Source: Bacteroidota bacterium (GTDB lineage Bacteria; Bacteroidota; Ignavibacteria; SZUA-365). From it: a DNA stretch of 64,000 bases. The DNA lies in the NCBI GenBank assembly GCA_014860565.1, contig JACZJN010000068.1, positions 122,447 to 186,446 of the forward strand. Direction: 5' to 3'. Below, in pieces: positions 49,010-58,880 of this stretch. The stretch's first letter is position 1. Each line of letters begins with the position of its first letter. The notes under the pieces are model-generated. The model saw only the letters and a program-made list of their open reading frames with translations, made no database searches and was not told the origin of the DNA. The position numbers were made by a program, and so were the translations under genes.

Positions 49010-49942
49010 ATGAAGCGGATTCGAAACACATTCGCGTTCGCTGCAAGCCTCTGCTGCGCAGCGATGCTGTTCGCGATACTGCCAACTCCCGCAAAGTCGC
49101 AGGACCTTGGCGGATTAATCGAGCAGCTCGGGGTCAAGGAACTCGCGCGCGATTATCTCCGTCCCGGCGTCGATGCCGTGGGCTATTCTATCAACAGCGG
49201 GTATTCCCATACGGCCCGCGTCGATTCGGTTTTTCACATCTGGCTCGGCGCTAAAGTGATATCGACGTACATCCCCGAAGCGGACCGTGTATTCACCGCC
49301 AAGCTCCCTTCCCTGCTTGTTTCACAGGGTTATCCGTCGGAATTCCAGACCGCGACCGTGGTGGGTGGCAGCGGGACGACGGTCGTATCCGACCAGTCCT
49401 CCAACCCGCCGATCGAGTTTCCCGGCGGTACCGGACTCAATGCATTCATGATGGCCATGCCGCAGATTTCGGTCGGTCCGCTTCTGGGTACCGATCTCAT
49501 TCTTCGCGGACTCCCGCCATCGCGCTTCGACGACAAGGTCGGCAAGTTCAGCTTCTATGGCGCCGGCATCAAGCACGAACTGACACATTATCTCGACGTT
49601 CCCTTCGACCTTGCGGTTGTCGGTGGATATCAGGTCTTTGCGATCGGAGAGGTTGTTGACGGCACCAGCCTGGCCGGCATGCTGCAGGCCAGCACCATGT
49701 TCGGTGGACTCACGCTCTTTGGTGGCATCGGGTATGAGTCATACAACATCGACATCTCTTACACGTACGTCTCAACCGATCCCGCGATTCCCGACGAGCC
49801 TGTCACGCTGAACTTCGAGCGGCGGAATCTTCGATTCTCCTTCGGCGGTGCGCTGTCGCTGTTTTCTCTCATAGACCTCACCGCCGAATACAGCTTCGGC
49901 ATCCAGGACAATCTTGCCATAGGATTCGGTCTTACACTCTGA
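49010..49942 (+). CDS. DUF6588-like outer-membrane protein (paralog 1)
   Basis: Signal peptide. PQISVG...ILRGLP...GAGIKH pattern; beta-strand-rich C-terminus ending GFGLTL. Confidence 0.6.
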   Translation: MKRIRNTFAFAASLCCAAMLFAILPTPAKSQDLGGLIEQLGVKELARDYLRPGVDAVGYSINSGYSHTARVDSVFHIWLGAKVISTYIPEADRVFTAKLPSLLVSQGYPSEFQTATVVGGSGTTVVSDQSSNPPIEFPGGTGLNAFMMAMPQISVGPLLGTDLILRGLPPSRFDDKVGKFSFYGAGIKHELTHYLDVPFDLAVVGGYQVFAIGEVVDGTSLAGMLQASTMFGGLTLFGGIGYESYNIDISYTYVSTDPAIPDEPVTLNFERRNLRFSFGGALSLFSLIDLTAEYSFGIQDNLAIGFGLTL

Positions 49943-49953
49943 AAGGGCTTTCC

Positions 49954-51066
49954 ATGTGGTTGCTGTGCATCGGACTTTTCATTTCCCTGCTTTCCTTGAA
50001 CGCCGCGGCGCAGGTGCAAATTGACACCAAGGCGCTGCTGGAAGATTATTCGCGTGAACTGTTCGAAGCGAATGCAACCGGCTTCATGAGTCCGCTGGTG
50101 ATCGTCTCGAACATCGGTGCCAACGATGCGTTTTATAACCGCGCCTACGTACCTAAGGAAAACAAGCTGTACTTCGACATTTCCGCGCGCACGATGATGG
50201 CATTCGTGCTTGACGACGAACGCACGTTCACCGCGCATCTGCCTCTGGAAGACAAGCCGAATCCCTACCCACTGCTATCGCAGGAATGGCTCCGCGTGGT
50301 TCAGCTCAATTATTTCAAGACGCAGCTGCGCGGCGCCGTCGCCGCGGGGGAACTGGAAACCGAAGTCACCACGGCGACCGTTTTCGGCAGCGAAGGCAGC
50401 GGTTTCACGATTCCCAAGGAGTACATCAAGAAGAATGTTTCCGGTATCGACAGCATCACGCTCGCCCGGCTCCCGAGTCAGCTCGCCCTTACTCCCGGGA
50501 CCAATCAAGATATGGTCATCGCCGCCGTACCGCAGCTGACCATCGGTGCATATTACAGCACCGAAATGCTTGTGCGCTACATCCCCCCCGTCGTTTTTGA
50601 CGAGAACATCGGCAAGTTTTCCTTCTTCGGTGTCGCCGTCAAACATGCGTTTACCAACTGGATCGAGCACTCCCCCGTCGATGGGGCGGTACAGATTGGA
50701 TTCCAGCACTCGACAATCAAGAATGAAGTCGGCATCACGAAGGCGAAGCTTGAAGCGACGACCGATCTGTTCGCCATCAACGTCCATGCCAGCCGACGAT
50801 TTGACTGGATAGAACCGTATGCAGGATTTTCATACGAGAGCCTGTCGTCGGAAGGGAGCTACACGTTCACCTTGCCAGCGAACATCCGGGAGGAGATCGG
50901 CTACGACATTGATCCGCAAACCGTTCCCGTGTCGCTTGAAGACTCGGCGGTGAAACTGACGCTCGGTGTCACCGGTTACCTCGGACCTTTGCAGATTTTC
51001 GCCGGAACGGGGATCGCGAAGCATCTCATCTTCAGCGGCGGCATCGCCTACCGCTTCGCTCCCTGA
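49954..51066 (+). CDS. DUF6588-like outer-membrane protein (paralog 2)
   Basis: PQLTIG...LVRYIP...GVAVKH pattern; ends GGIAYRFAP. Confidence 0.6.
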   Translation: MWLLCIGLFISLLSLNAAAQVQIDTKALLEDYSRELFEANATGFMSPLVIVSNIGANDAFYNRAYVPKENKLYFDISARTMMAFVLDDERTFTAHLPLEDKPNPYPLLSQEWLRVVQLNYFKTQLRGAVAAGELETEVTTATVFGSEGSGFTIPKEYIKKNVSGIDSITLARLPSQLALTPGTNQDMVIAAVPQLTIGAYYSTEMLVRYIPPVVFDENIGKFSFFGVAVKHAFTNWIEHSPVDGAVQIGFQHSTIKNEVGITKAKLEATTDLFAINVHASRRFDWIEPYAGFSYESLSSEGSYTFTLPANIREEIGYDIDPQTVPVSLEDSAVKLTLGVTGYLGPLQIFAGTGIAKHLIFSGGIAYRFAP

Positions 51067-51125
51067 CCCTTTCCCTGATTCCCTGATGCCTTTTTCCCTG
51101 ATTCCCTGTTTCCCTGTTTCCACCC
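51061..51125. repeat. TTCCCTG(A/T) tandem repeat / 8 GGG tracts on the minus strand
   Basis: Five exact TTCCCTG copies (51071, 51079, 51094, 51102, 51110). CCC tracts start at 51061, 67, 73, 81, 96, 104, 112 and 123. Confidence 0.85.
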
Positions 51126-52175
51126 TTACGAGCGGTATCCGCCCTTTCCGCGCCGCAGTTCCTGCAGCATGCGTGCCTTGACGCGCAGGTCGACGTCGCG
51201 GTCATGCTCATCCACGATTTCCCCCACGAGCTGCTCGAGCACATCCTCGAGTGTGATCACCCCCGCCATTCCCCCGTGCTCATCAACGACGACGGAAAAA
51301 TGTTCACGGTTTTTCAGGAAGCTCTGCAGGAGGCGGTTCGCGCTCACCGTGTCGGGAACGAAGCTCACTTCGTCGGCGAAATCGCTGAGCGTTTTCTGTC
51401 CGCGACCCCGTGCCAACGCGGCCAGCAGATCGCGAATATGCGCAACGCCCACGATGTCATCGAGATCCTCCTCATAGAGCGGAATGCGGCTCACCGAGGC
51501 CCGGTAGAGTTCATCGGCCGCCTCCTCGAGCGTCATTGCCGCGCGAAGCGCAAACACCACGGTACGCGGCGTCATGATATCGCGCGCCATGATGTCGTCG
51601 AGTTGAAACACCTGTCGAATAAGTTGGCTCTCGATTTCAAGGATGTTGCCGTGGCGATGGCTGAGTCGGGCGAGCACCTTGATCTCATCCTCATCGAGCT
51701 TGGTCTTCGCTTCGGTGGTGATCCCGAAGGGTTTGATCAGGAGGTTGATGAGCACGATCACGGGCTTGAAAACAATGCGGAGCAGAAAGACGAAACGCGC
51801 GGTATGCCTGGCGTATTCCGCCGCGTGTCGCTCGCCGATCGTCTTGGGTACGACCTCGCCGAGCAGGATGATCATGAACGTCAATGCCGCGGAAAAAACA
51901 CCGACCCAGATATCCTCGAACACATCCACCGCCATGGCGCCGACGATGATGGATCCGGCGATGTTCGCGAGATTGTTCATGATCACCACGGCGATGATCG
52001 ATTCCTGGATGTTTTCCTTGTTCGTCCTGAGCAGCCCCGCCCCGCCCCTCTTGCGTTCGATCATCTGTTCGATCTGCACGTGCGAAACGGTGAACAATGC
52101 GGCCTCGATGCTCGATGCCAGGAAGGAGAGCAGCAGGATAACGAGACAGATGGTGGCGAGGAGAATCATGGCCAA
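51126..52175 (-). CDS. CNNM/CorC hemolysin-family membrane protein (DUF21 + CBS pair)
   Basis: SFLASSIEAALF, GEVVPKTIG, IMTPR, SRIPLY, VVDEHGGMAGVITLEDVLEQLVGEI. Confidence 0.92.
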   Translation of the reverse strand: MAMILLATICLVILLLSFLASSIEAALFTVSHVQIEQMIERKRGGAGLLRTNKENIQESIIAVVIMNNLANIAGSIIVGAMAVDVFEDIWVGVFSAALTFMIILLGEVVPKTIGERHAAEYARHTARFVFLLRIVFKPVIVLINLLIKPFGITTEAKTKLDEDEIKVLARLSHRHGNILEIESQLIRQVFQLDDIMARDIMTPRTVVFALRAAMTLEEAADELYRASVSRIPLYEEDLDDIVGVAHIRDLLAALARGRGQKTLSDFADEVSFVPDTVSANRLLQSFLKNREHFSVVVDEHGGMAGVITLEDVLEQLVGEIVDEHDRDVDLRVKARMLQELRRGKGGYRS

Positions 52176-52345
52176 ATCTATCGGAAACAGCCACGAGAAG
52201 CAACTGCCCGCAGATTACCACCTCCGCGAGGCCGCTTCCCTGGAAGCAATGGACTACCGTCCTCTTACCTTGTTTCCACTGACGCACTTTTGTAATTTTA
52301 ATGTTCAGGTCATAATCAGTCCATCAGAAACAATTCACGGCACAC

Positions 52346-53908
52346 ATGTCAGACAGCAAGGGGCACATTCTCTGGGTCGATGATGAGGTGGAGTTTCTTC
52401 GCTCCCACATCCTCCTGCTCGAACAGCGCGGTTATACCGTAAGTACGGTCACGAACGGCGAGGACGCCATCGATTTCGTCAAGGGGAATTCCGTCGACCT
52501 CATGTTTCTGGATGAGTCCATGCCGGGCATCGGCGGACTCGAGACACTGAGCACCATCAAGGAAACACAACCCGACCTCCCCATCATCATGGTGACGAAG
52601 AACGAGGAGGAAAGCGTGATGGAGGAGGCGATCGGGGAGAAGATCAGCGACTACCTGACCAAACCGGTCAATCCGAGCCAGATCCTGCTCGTGGCCAAGA
52701 AATTCCTCCAGGGCAAGCGCATCATGGGCGACAAGACGGCCCAGGATTACATCCGGGAATTCAACGAAGTCTCGGTCAAGCTGTTGGGACCGATGGATCT
52801 CGAGGAATGGACGGATGTCTACAAGAAACTCGTCGAGTGGGAACTCGAACTCGACCAGCATCCGGAACTGGGATTGCAGCAGACCATGACCGCGCAACGG
52901 AAGGAATGCAACCAGGAATTCTGCAAGTACGTCGAGAAGAATTACCGCGACTGGGTGATGGACGAATCGGTCACGCTTTCGCCGCATGTGGTGGACCGTT
53001 TTCTCATCCCGCATCTGAAATCGAAGGGGCCGGTGTTTTTCTTCGTAATCGACTGCATGCGTTACGATCAGTGGCTGGTCATGGAGCGACATCTTCGCGA
53101 CCTGTACACCATCGAAAAGGAATTCTACCTCGGCATCCTTCCTTCCGCCACGCCGTATGCGCGCAACGCCATTTTCTCGGGCTATTTCCCGAGCGACATC
53201 GAACGCGTGTTTCCCGACCTCTGGGCGAGCAAGGATGACGACGACTATTCGATGAACAAGCACGAAAAGGAATTCCTCGAGAAACTGCTCGACCGGCGGC
53301 ACATCAAGTTGCGCAACGACCTGAAGTACATCAAGATCATCGATCCGGAATACGGCAAGCAGATGGTCGGCAACATCTCGGCTTTCGTGAAAAATCATCT
53401 GACCGCTATCGTCGTGAACTTCGTCGACATGCTCGCGCACAGCCGATCCGATTATCCGATTCTCAAGGAGATTGCCCCGGACGAATCCGCGTACAGATCA
53501 TTGACCAACACATGGTTCACGCACTCTTCGCTGCTGAGCATGTTCCGTCAGATCGCGCGGACACCCGACGCGACGATTATCGTCACGACCGATCACGGCA
53601 GTGTCCGCTGTCTGCGCGGGAGCAAGGTGCTCGGCGACCGCGAGACCTCAACCAACCTGCGCTACAAGTATGGACGTAATGTCAAGTGCGAGCCCAAGCA
53701 GGCGATGCACATTAAAAATCCGGAAGAGTACAAACTGCCCCGCCGCGGCATGACGGTCAATTACGTGATCGCCAAGGAAGATTATTATTTCGTTTACCCG
53801 ACGGATTACAACAAGTACCTGACCTACTATCGCGACAGCTTCCAGCATGGCGGCATGTCGCTGGAGGAGCTGGTGCTCCCGGTCATCACCATGAAACCGC
53901 GCACCTGA
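52346..53908 (+). CDS. porX: PorX-type response regulator (REC + PglZ alkaline-phosphatase-like domain)
   Basis: ILWVDDE, FLDESMPG, YLTKPVNPSQ, FFVIDCMRYDQW, LPSATPYARNAIFSG, TTDHG, FQHGGMSLEE. Confidence 0.9.
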   Translation: MSDSKGHILWVDDEVEFLRSHILLLEQRGYTVSTVTNGEDAIDFVKGNSVDLMFLDESMPGIGGLETLSTIKETQPDLPIIMVTKNEEESVMEEAIGEKISDYLTKPVNPSQILLVAKKFLQGKRIMGDKTAQDYIREFNEVSVKLLGPMDLEEWTDVYKKLVEWELELDQHPELGLQQTMTAQRKECNQEFCKYVEKNYRDWVMDESVTLSPHVVDRFLIPHLKSKGPVFFFVIDCMRYDQWLVMERHLRDLYTIEKEFYLGILPSATPYARNAIFSGYFPSDIERVFPDLWASKDDDDYSMNKHEKEFLEKLLDRRHIKLRNDLKYIKIIDPEYGKQMVGNISAFVKNHLTAIVVNFVDMLAHSRSDYPILKEIAPDESAYRSLTNTWFTHSSLLSMFRQIARTPDATIIVTTDHGSVRCLRGSKVLGDRETSTNLRYKYGRNVKCEPKQAMHIKNPEEYKLPRRGMTVNYVIAKEDYYFVYPTDYNKYLTYYRDSFQHGGMSLEELVLPVITMKPRT

Positions 53909-53934
53909 TCCACGCGGAAAAGCCGACCCCGAGC

Positions 53935-54414
53935 ATGCACGAACGATTCGAAACATACAGCGAGGAAGAAACACGCGCCGCCGGCCGACGTCTCGCCGCC
54001 CGACTCCCCAAGGACGCACTTGTCGCCTTCAGTGGCGACCTCGGCTGCGGCAAGACAGCGTTCATCCGCGGCATGTGCGAACATTTCGGCTGTGAACGCC
54101 AGGTGACGAGTCCGACCTTCACGATCATCAACGAATACATGGGTGACAGCACGGTGACCCACTGCGATCTCTACCGACTCAACACCATGGAAGAGATGCT
54201 TCAGATCGGACTACAGGAACTGTTCACCGGCGAGGGGCTCGTACTTATCGAATGGGCCGAACGCGCCCGTCCCCTTCTCCCCTTCCCGCGCTACGAAGTC
54301 GCGGCCTGGCATGGCGATCGGGAAGAACAGAGGCGATACGAAATTCGTTTTGTCCAAGAAGAGGATGAAAGCATCCTTTTCGTGCCCGCAGAACTCTTCG
54401 CGAGGCAGGCGTGA
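53935..54414 (+). CDS. tsaE: t6A biosynthesis ATPase TsaE
   Basis: GDLGCGKT, VTSPTFTII, HCDLYRL, LIEWAE. Confidence 0.95.
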   Translation: MHERFETYSEEETRAAGRRLAARLPKDALVAFSGDLGCGKTAFIRGMCEHFGCERQVTSPTFTIINEYMGDSTVTHCDLYRLNTMEEMLQIGLQELFTGEGLVLIEWAERARPLLPFPRYEVAAWHGDREEQRRYEIRFVQEEDESILFVPAELFARQA

Positions 54415-55100
54415 TTCTGGCCATCGAGACCGCGACCACACGCCTGGGCGTTGCTCTGATCGATGGCGATGTCATTCGGGCATCGATGCTCGTCAACCGC
54501 GGGAACGCACATGACGAACTGCTTGCGCCTCTGTGCAGCGACATCGTCGCGCACGCGGGACTGACAATGAGGGAACTGACAGGCCTGGCGGTTTCCGCCG
54601 GTCCCGGTTCCTTCACCGGCCTGCGCATCGGCCTGGCCGTGGCAAAAGGCATGGCTCTGGCGCTTGACATCCCGCTCGCGCTCGTGCCCACCCACGACGC
54701 CATTGCCGCGGGCATGGCGCACAGCTGGGCGCACGTCGGCAGCACGCACATTGCCGTCTGCATCGACGCGAAGCGCGACGACATTTACGCCGCCACGTAC
54801 CATCTCGAAGGAAACAGCTGGAGCGCGGAGTACGCGATTCACGTTTGCGATGCCGGCGTGCTCCTCGGAGAACTTTCCGAAGGCACGGTTCTGGTGGGCG
54901 ACGGTGCGGCGAAGGTACACGCCCGTGCTCCGCATGCACTGCGCATTCTGCCCGATCCGGCAGCGGTATTCGATGCGCGTTTTGTCGCCTTGCTGGGAGC
55001 GCGCATGCTTGCCGATGGAATGGCGGCGGATCCCGATACCTGCGAACCGCTGTACGTGCAGGAGTTCGAGGTGAAGCCGGCGAAAAATATTCTGCTCTGA
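54411..55100 (+). CDS. tsaB: t6A biosynthesis protein TsaB
   Basis: ILAIETAT, AVSAGPGSFTGLRIG, IDAKRDDIY, EPLYV. Confidence 0.95.
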   Translation: MILAIETATTRLGVALIDGDVIRASMLVNRGNAHDELLAPLCSDIVAHAGLTMRELTGLAVSAGPGSFTGLRIGLAVAKGMALALDIPLALVPTHDAIAAGMAHSWAHVGSTHIAVCIDAKRDDIYAATYHLEGNSWSAEYAIHVCDAGVLLGELSEGTVLVGDGAAKVHARAPHALRILPDPAAVFDARFVALLGARMLADGMAADPDTCEPLYVQEFEVKPAKNILL

Positions 55101-55128
55101 TTTCGAAAACACCTGGAGACCAATACAC

Positions 55129-55974
55129 ATGGCCTGGTTCAAGCGCAGCAAAAGCAATATCGAGGGCTCCTCGGCAAAGCGTGAAGTCGTCGACGGTGCG
55201 TGGGTCAAATGCGACCATTGCGGCGAAATGATGCATCAGTCACAGCTGGGTGCGGCACTGTATACCTGCATTCACTGCGACGCATCCTTCCGCGTTTCCG
55301 CGAAACAGTACATCGACATCCTCGTCGACGAAGGCAGCTTCAAGGAATACGACAAGAAAATGGTGGCGACGGACCCCTTGGGTTTCAGTGACACCAAGGC
55401 CTATGCCGACCGCATTGAGACGACGGTGCGAAAAACGGGGATGTATGACGCGATGCGCAGCGGCATGGGGAAGATCAAGGACATCCCTGTTTCCCTCGCG
55501 GTCATGGATTTCGGATTCATCGGCGGAAGCATGGGTTCGGTGGTCGGCGAGAAAATCGCGCGTTCCATTGACCGGGCTATCAAGAACAAATGCGGATTGA
55601 TCGTCGTCGCGGCGAGCGGCGGCGCACGCATGATGGAAGGCGCGTTCTCTCTGATGCAAATGGCGAAAACCAGCGCGCGGCTGACGCTTCTGCATGACGC
55701 AGGTCTGCCGTACATTTCGATCATGCTCGATCCGACAACCGGCGGTGTCACTGCCAGCTTTGCGATGCTCGGCGATTTCAATATCGCGGAACCCAAGGCG
55801 CTGATCGGCTTCGCCGGACCACGCGTCATCAAGCAGACGATAGGACGCGACTTGCCGGAGGGCTTCCAGCGTGCCGAATTCCTGCTCGAAAAAGGTTTCC
55901 TCGATCTGGTCGTGCCTCGCAAGGAGATGCGGGATACTGTAGCCAAACTCCTCATGCATTCGACCGGGGAGTAA
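55129..55974 (+). CDS. accD: Acetyl-CoA carboxylase carboxyltransferase beta subunit
   Basis: WVKCDHC...CIHC zinc ribbon, FIGGSMGSVVGEK, SGGARMMEG, PTTGGVTASFA, IGFAGPRVI. Confidence 0.97.
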   Translation: MAWFKRSKSNIEGSSAKREVVDGAWVKCDHCGEMMHQSQLGAALYTCIHCDASFRVSAKQYIDILVDEGSFKEYDKKMVATDPLGFSDTKAYADRIETTVRKTGMYDAMRSGMGKIKDIPVSLAVMDFGFIGGSMGSVVGEKIARSIDRAIKNKCGLIVVAASGGARMMEGAFSLMQMAKTSARLTLLHDAGLPYISIMLDPTTGGVTASFAMLGDFNIAEPKALIGFAGPRVIKQTIGRDLPEGFQRAEFLLEKGFLDLVVPRKEMRDTVAKLLMHSTGE

Positions 55975-55984
55975 CGAAGCGGCG

Positions 55985-56851
55985 ATGATGCGTTTCATCA
56001 GCAGGATCCGAGAAATGCAGCAGGAGTCGGACAGATTGCGCGGCGAAGGACTGCGTATCGGTTTCGTCCCGACTATGGGCGCGTTGCATGAAGGACATCT
56101 CGACCTCCTCCGCCTCTGCCGCACGCACTGCGACGTGACGGTGATGTCGGTCTTCGTCAATCCCACACAATTCGGCGCGAACGAAGATTTCGGCCGGTAC
56201 CCGCGCGATCTCGACCGCGACGCCATGCTGGCCGCCTCCGCAGGCTGCGACATTCTCTTCACCCCGCAGGCTGAAGAAGTATATCCGCCGGGATATTCCA
56301 CCTGGGTGCAGGAGGAAATACTGAGTGCAACGCTCGAGGGCCGCTCGCGACCCACGCACTTTCGCGGAGTGACCACGGTGGTTACCAAACTCTTTCTCAT
56401 GGTCAAACCGCACTGCGCCGTGTTCGGACAGAAAGACGCGCAACAGGCGGCGATCATCAAACGCATGGTGCGCGACCTCCATTTCGATATCGAACTGCTG
56501 ATCGCACCTATCCGCCGTGAGGCCGACGGACTGGCAATGAGTTCAAGAAACATGTATCTTTCGGAATCCGGGCGCATCGAGGCGCTTGCACTTTCGCGCT
56601 CCCTGCGCCTTGCGGAACAGTTCGTGGCAGGTGGCGGACGCGATGCGGACGCGATACGCGCGCTGGTGAAGGATGAACTCAACCGCAGCGGCGCGGTCAC
56701 CGTGGATTATGTCGCTCTCCTCGACGCGGAAACGCTTGATGAAGTCGACATGCTCTCAGGGCAGGCGACACTGCTGGCGATCGCCGCGAGAGTCGACCGC
56801 ACACGATTGATTGACAACACGATATTGAGAGTCGAGACGATAGAGCGATGA
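55985..56851 (+). CDS. panC: Pantoate-beta-alanine ligase
   Basis: [44 protein letters not shown]. Confidence 0.97.
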   Translation: MMRFISRIREMQQESDRLRGEGLRIGFVPTMGALHEGHLDLLRLCRTHCDVTVMSVFVNPTQFGANEDFGRYPRDLDRDAMLAASAGCDILFTPQAEEVYPPGYSTWVQEEILSATLEGRSRPTHFRGVTTVVTKLFLMVKPHCAVFGQKDAQQAAIIKRMVRDLHFDIELLIAPIRREADGLAMSSRNMYLSESGRIEALALSRSLRLAEQFVAGGGRDADAIRALVKDELNRSGAVTVDYVALLDAETLDEVDMLSGQATLLAIAARVDRTRLIDNTILRVETIER

Positions 56852-57204
56852 AACGCATCATGTTCAAATCCAAGATCCACCGGGCCCGCGTGACCCAGGC
56901 GGAACTCTATTACGAGGGCAGCATTACCATCGACCAGGATCTGATGGCCCGCGCCGATATTCTCGAATATGAGAAGGTCCAGGTTGTGAACGTGAATAAC
57001 GGGAACCGTTTTGAAACCTACGCCCTGAAAGGCGAATCCGGCAGCGGCACGATCTGTCTCAATGGCGCGGCCGCACGTCTCGGCCACATCGGCGATGAAG
57101 TCATCATCATCACCTACGGCGAGTACGACAATGAGGAAGTCACTGGACACAAGCCCACGATCATCCTCGTGAATGAACACAATCGTGTGAAATCCGTACT
57201 CTGA
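56848..57204 (+). CDS. panD: Aspartate 1-decarboxylase
   Basis: [32 protein letters not shown]. Confidence 0.97.
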   Translation: MKRIMFKSKIHRARVTQAELYYEGSITIDQDLMARADILEYEKVQVVNVNNGNRFETYALKGESGSGTICLNGAAARLGHIGDEVIIITYGEYDNEEVTGHKPTIILVNEHNRVKSVL

Positions 57205-57274
57205 TGCATTCTCCCTCCTCACACCCCTGCATCCCGCATTAGTCATGCTTCACCGCTGGAATCCCTGATCCCCC

Positions 57275-58051
57275 ATGAAGAATTCCGATATACAGCAGCG
57301 CCCGCTCGCAGCCATAATCATGGCCGCAGGACAGGGCAAACGCATGAAGAATCCCGACAAGGCAAAGGTCATGCATGAACTCGCTGGCGTGCCCCTTGTG
57401 GCGCATGTCGTCGATCTGGCGCACGGACTTGGCTGTACACGGGTAGTGGTCGTCGTGGGACACCAGCGAGAAAGCGTCATCGAATATCTCTCTGCCTACG
57501 ATTCCTCCGTGGAATTCGCCGTCCAGGCTGAACAGCTGGGCACTGCACATGCGGTACAGATGACGGAACAGGGACTTGAGGATTTTGACGGTGACATTGT
57601 GATTCTCTCGGGCGATGCGCCCATGATACGTACTGCAACTCTTGAGAATGCGCTTCTGCAGCATCGCGGCCGTCAGGCCGCTGTAACCGTGCTCACCGCG
57701 GTACTCCCTGATGCTTCAGGCTATGGACGGGTGATTCGTGACGGTGACGGCGCCATCGTACGTATCGTCGAGCACAAGGATGCGAACGAAGATGAACGCG
57801 CAGTGCGCGAGATCAACAGCGGGATTTACATCTTCGACCGGCGCTTACTCTTCGAAGCACTCAAGAAGGTCGACAACAACAACGCCCAGGGTGAGTACTA
57901 TCTCCCTGACGTTTTCGGAATCTTCCAGCGTGACGGTCGGGTGATGATTCCGTTCGTGGTCGACGACGTCGATGAAATCCGCGGCGTCAATACAATCGAG
58001 CAACTCCAGGAAATGGAATTATTGTACACACAACGACGTACGGAACGCTAA
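57275..58051 (+). CDS. GlmU-type sugar-1-phosphate nucleotidyltransferase, N-terminal domain only
   Basis: IMAAGQGKRMK, QAEQLGTAHAV, GYGRV, IVEHKDA, EINSGIY, GEYYLPD, GVN. Ends at 258 aa with no hexapeptide domain. Confidence 0.88.
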   Translation: MKNSDIQQRPLAAIIMAAGQGKRMKNPDKAKVMHELAGVPLVAHVVDLAHGLGCTRVVVVVGHQRESVIEYLSAYDSSVEFAVQAEQLGTAHAVQMTEQGLEDFDGDIVILSGDAPMIRTATLENALLQHRGRQAAVTVLTAVLPDASGYGRVIRDGDGAIVRIVEHKDANEDERAVREINSGIYIFDRRLLFEALKKVDNNNAQGEYYLPDVFGIFQRDGRVMIPFVVDDVDEIRGVNTIEQLQEMELLYTQRRTER

Positions 58052-58106
58052 ACCGTTCCGAGTCGGTGTTTTTCCAGATCTTCACCCATAGACAGACGAA
58101 AAGACC

Positions 58107-58745
58107 ATGGCAACCCGGTACAACATCCATCCGGAAAATCCGCAGATGCGACTCATCAATCAGGTGGTGGACCAGCTTCAGAAGGGAGCTGTCATGCTTT
58201 ATCCCACCGATACTGTCTACGCGATTGGCTGCGATATCAACAGCAAGGCCGGCCAGCAGCGTATACGGAAAATCCGGAATCTCCCTGACAACAAACCGCT
58301 GACCTTTGTCGCGTCTTCCATATCGCAGATCTCCGATTACGCGAAGATTTCCGATTCAGCGTACCAGGTGATCCGTCAGCTTGTCCCGGGTCCGTATACC
58401 TTCCTGCTTCCTGCCACCCGGCTCGTCCCGAACCTGGTGCTGAACTCGAAACGCACGACGACGGGAATCCGTGTTCCCGATCATTTTCTCTGCCAGCTGC
58501 TGATCGCGGAACTCGGGAATCCACTTGTGTCCATGTCAGCCAAGCTCGAGACATGGGATGAGCCGACCTACAACGAAGAACTGTTCGATACATTCGAATC
58601 ACTTGTCGACATCATCATCGAGATCGATGCCGAGTATCGTTCCCCGTACGGCGATCACCTCTCCACCATGATCGACTTCACCGGCGACGTCCCCCAGCTC
58701 GTTCGCGAAGGACTCGGTATCGAACTCGCGTCCCAGATCGTGTGA
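58107..58745 (+). CDS. Sua5/YciO/YrdC-family protein (YciO-like)
   Basis: IHPENPQ, YPTDTVYAIGC, PGPYTFLL, GIRVPD, STMID...VREG.G. Confidence 0.88.
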   Translation: MATRYNIHPENPQMRLINQVVDQLQKGAVMLYPTDTVYAIGCDINSKAGQQRIRKIRNLPDNKPLTFVASSISQISDYAKISDSAYQVIRQLVPGPYTFLLPATRLVPNLVLNSKRTTTGIRVPDHFLCQLLIAELGNPLVSMSAKLETWDEPTYNEELFDTFESLVDIIIEIDAEYRSPYGDHLSTMIDFTGDVPQLVREGLGIELASQIV

Positions 58746-58797
58746 GAAGAACGCTAATTACACGAATGCAACGGATGTACGGGGATTATCATGCAAC

Positions 58798-58827
58798 GAG
58801 AAAGGCACCCATGCGGGTGCCTTTCTC
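58798..58827. terminator. Bidirectional terminator hairpin between convergent operons
   Basis: Perfect 13-bp stem GAGAAAGGCACCC-ATGC-GGGTGCCTTTCTC. Confidence 0.85.
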
Positions 58828-58880
58828 GTTGATTAATAATCTGTGTGAATCCGTTCAAACTGTGAATATCCGTGTTCCTC

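Noticed and set aside
52346-53908. PglZ domain as part of a BREX defence system
   Set aside because: It is fused to a receiver domain in the PorX arrangement and has housekeeping neighbours; no brxC, pglX or brxL.
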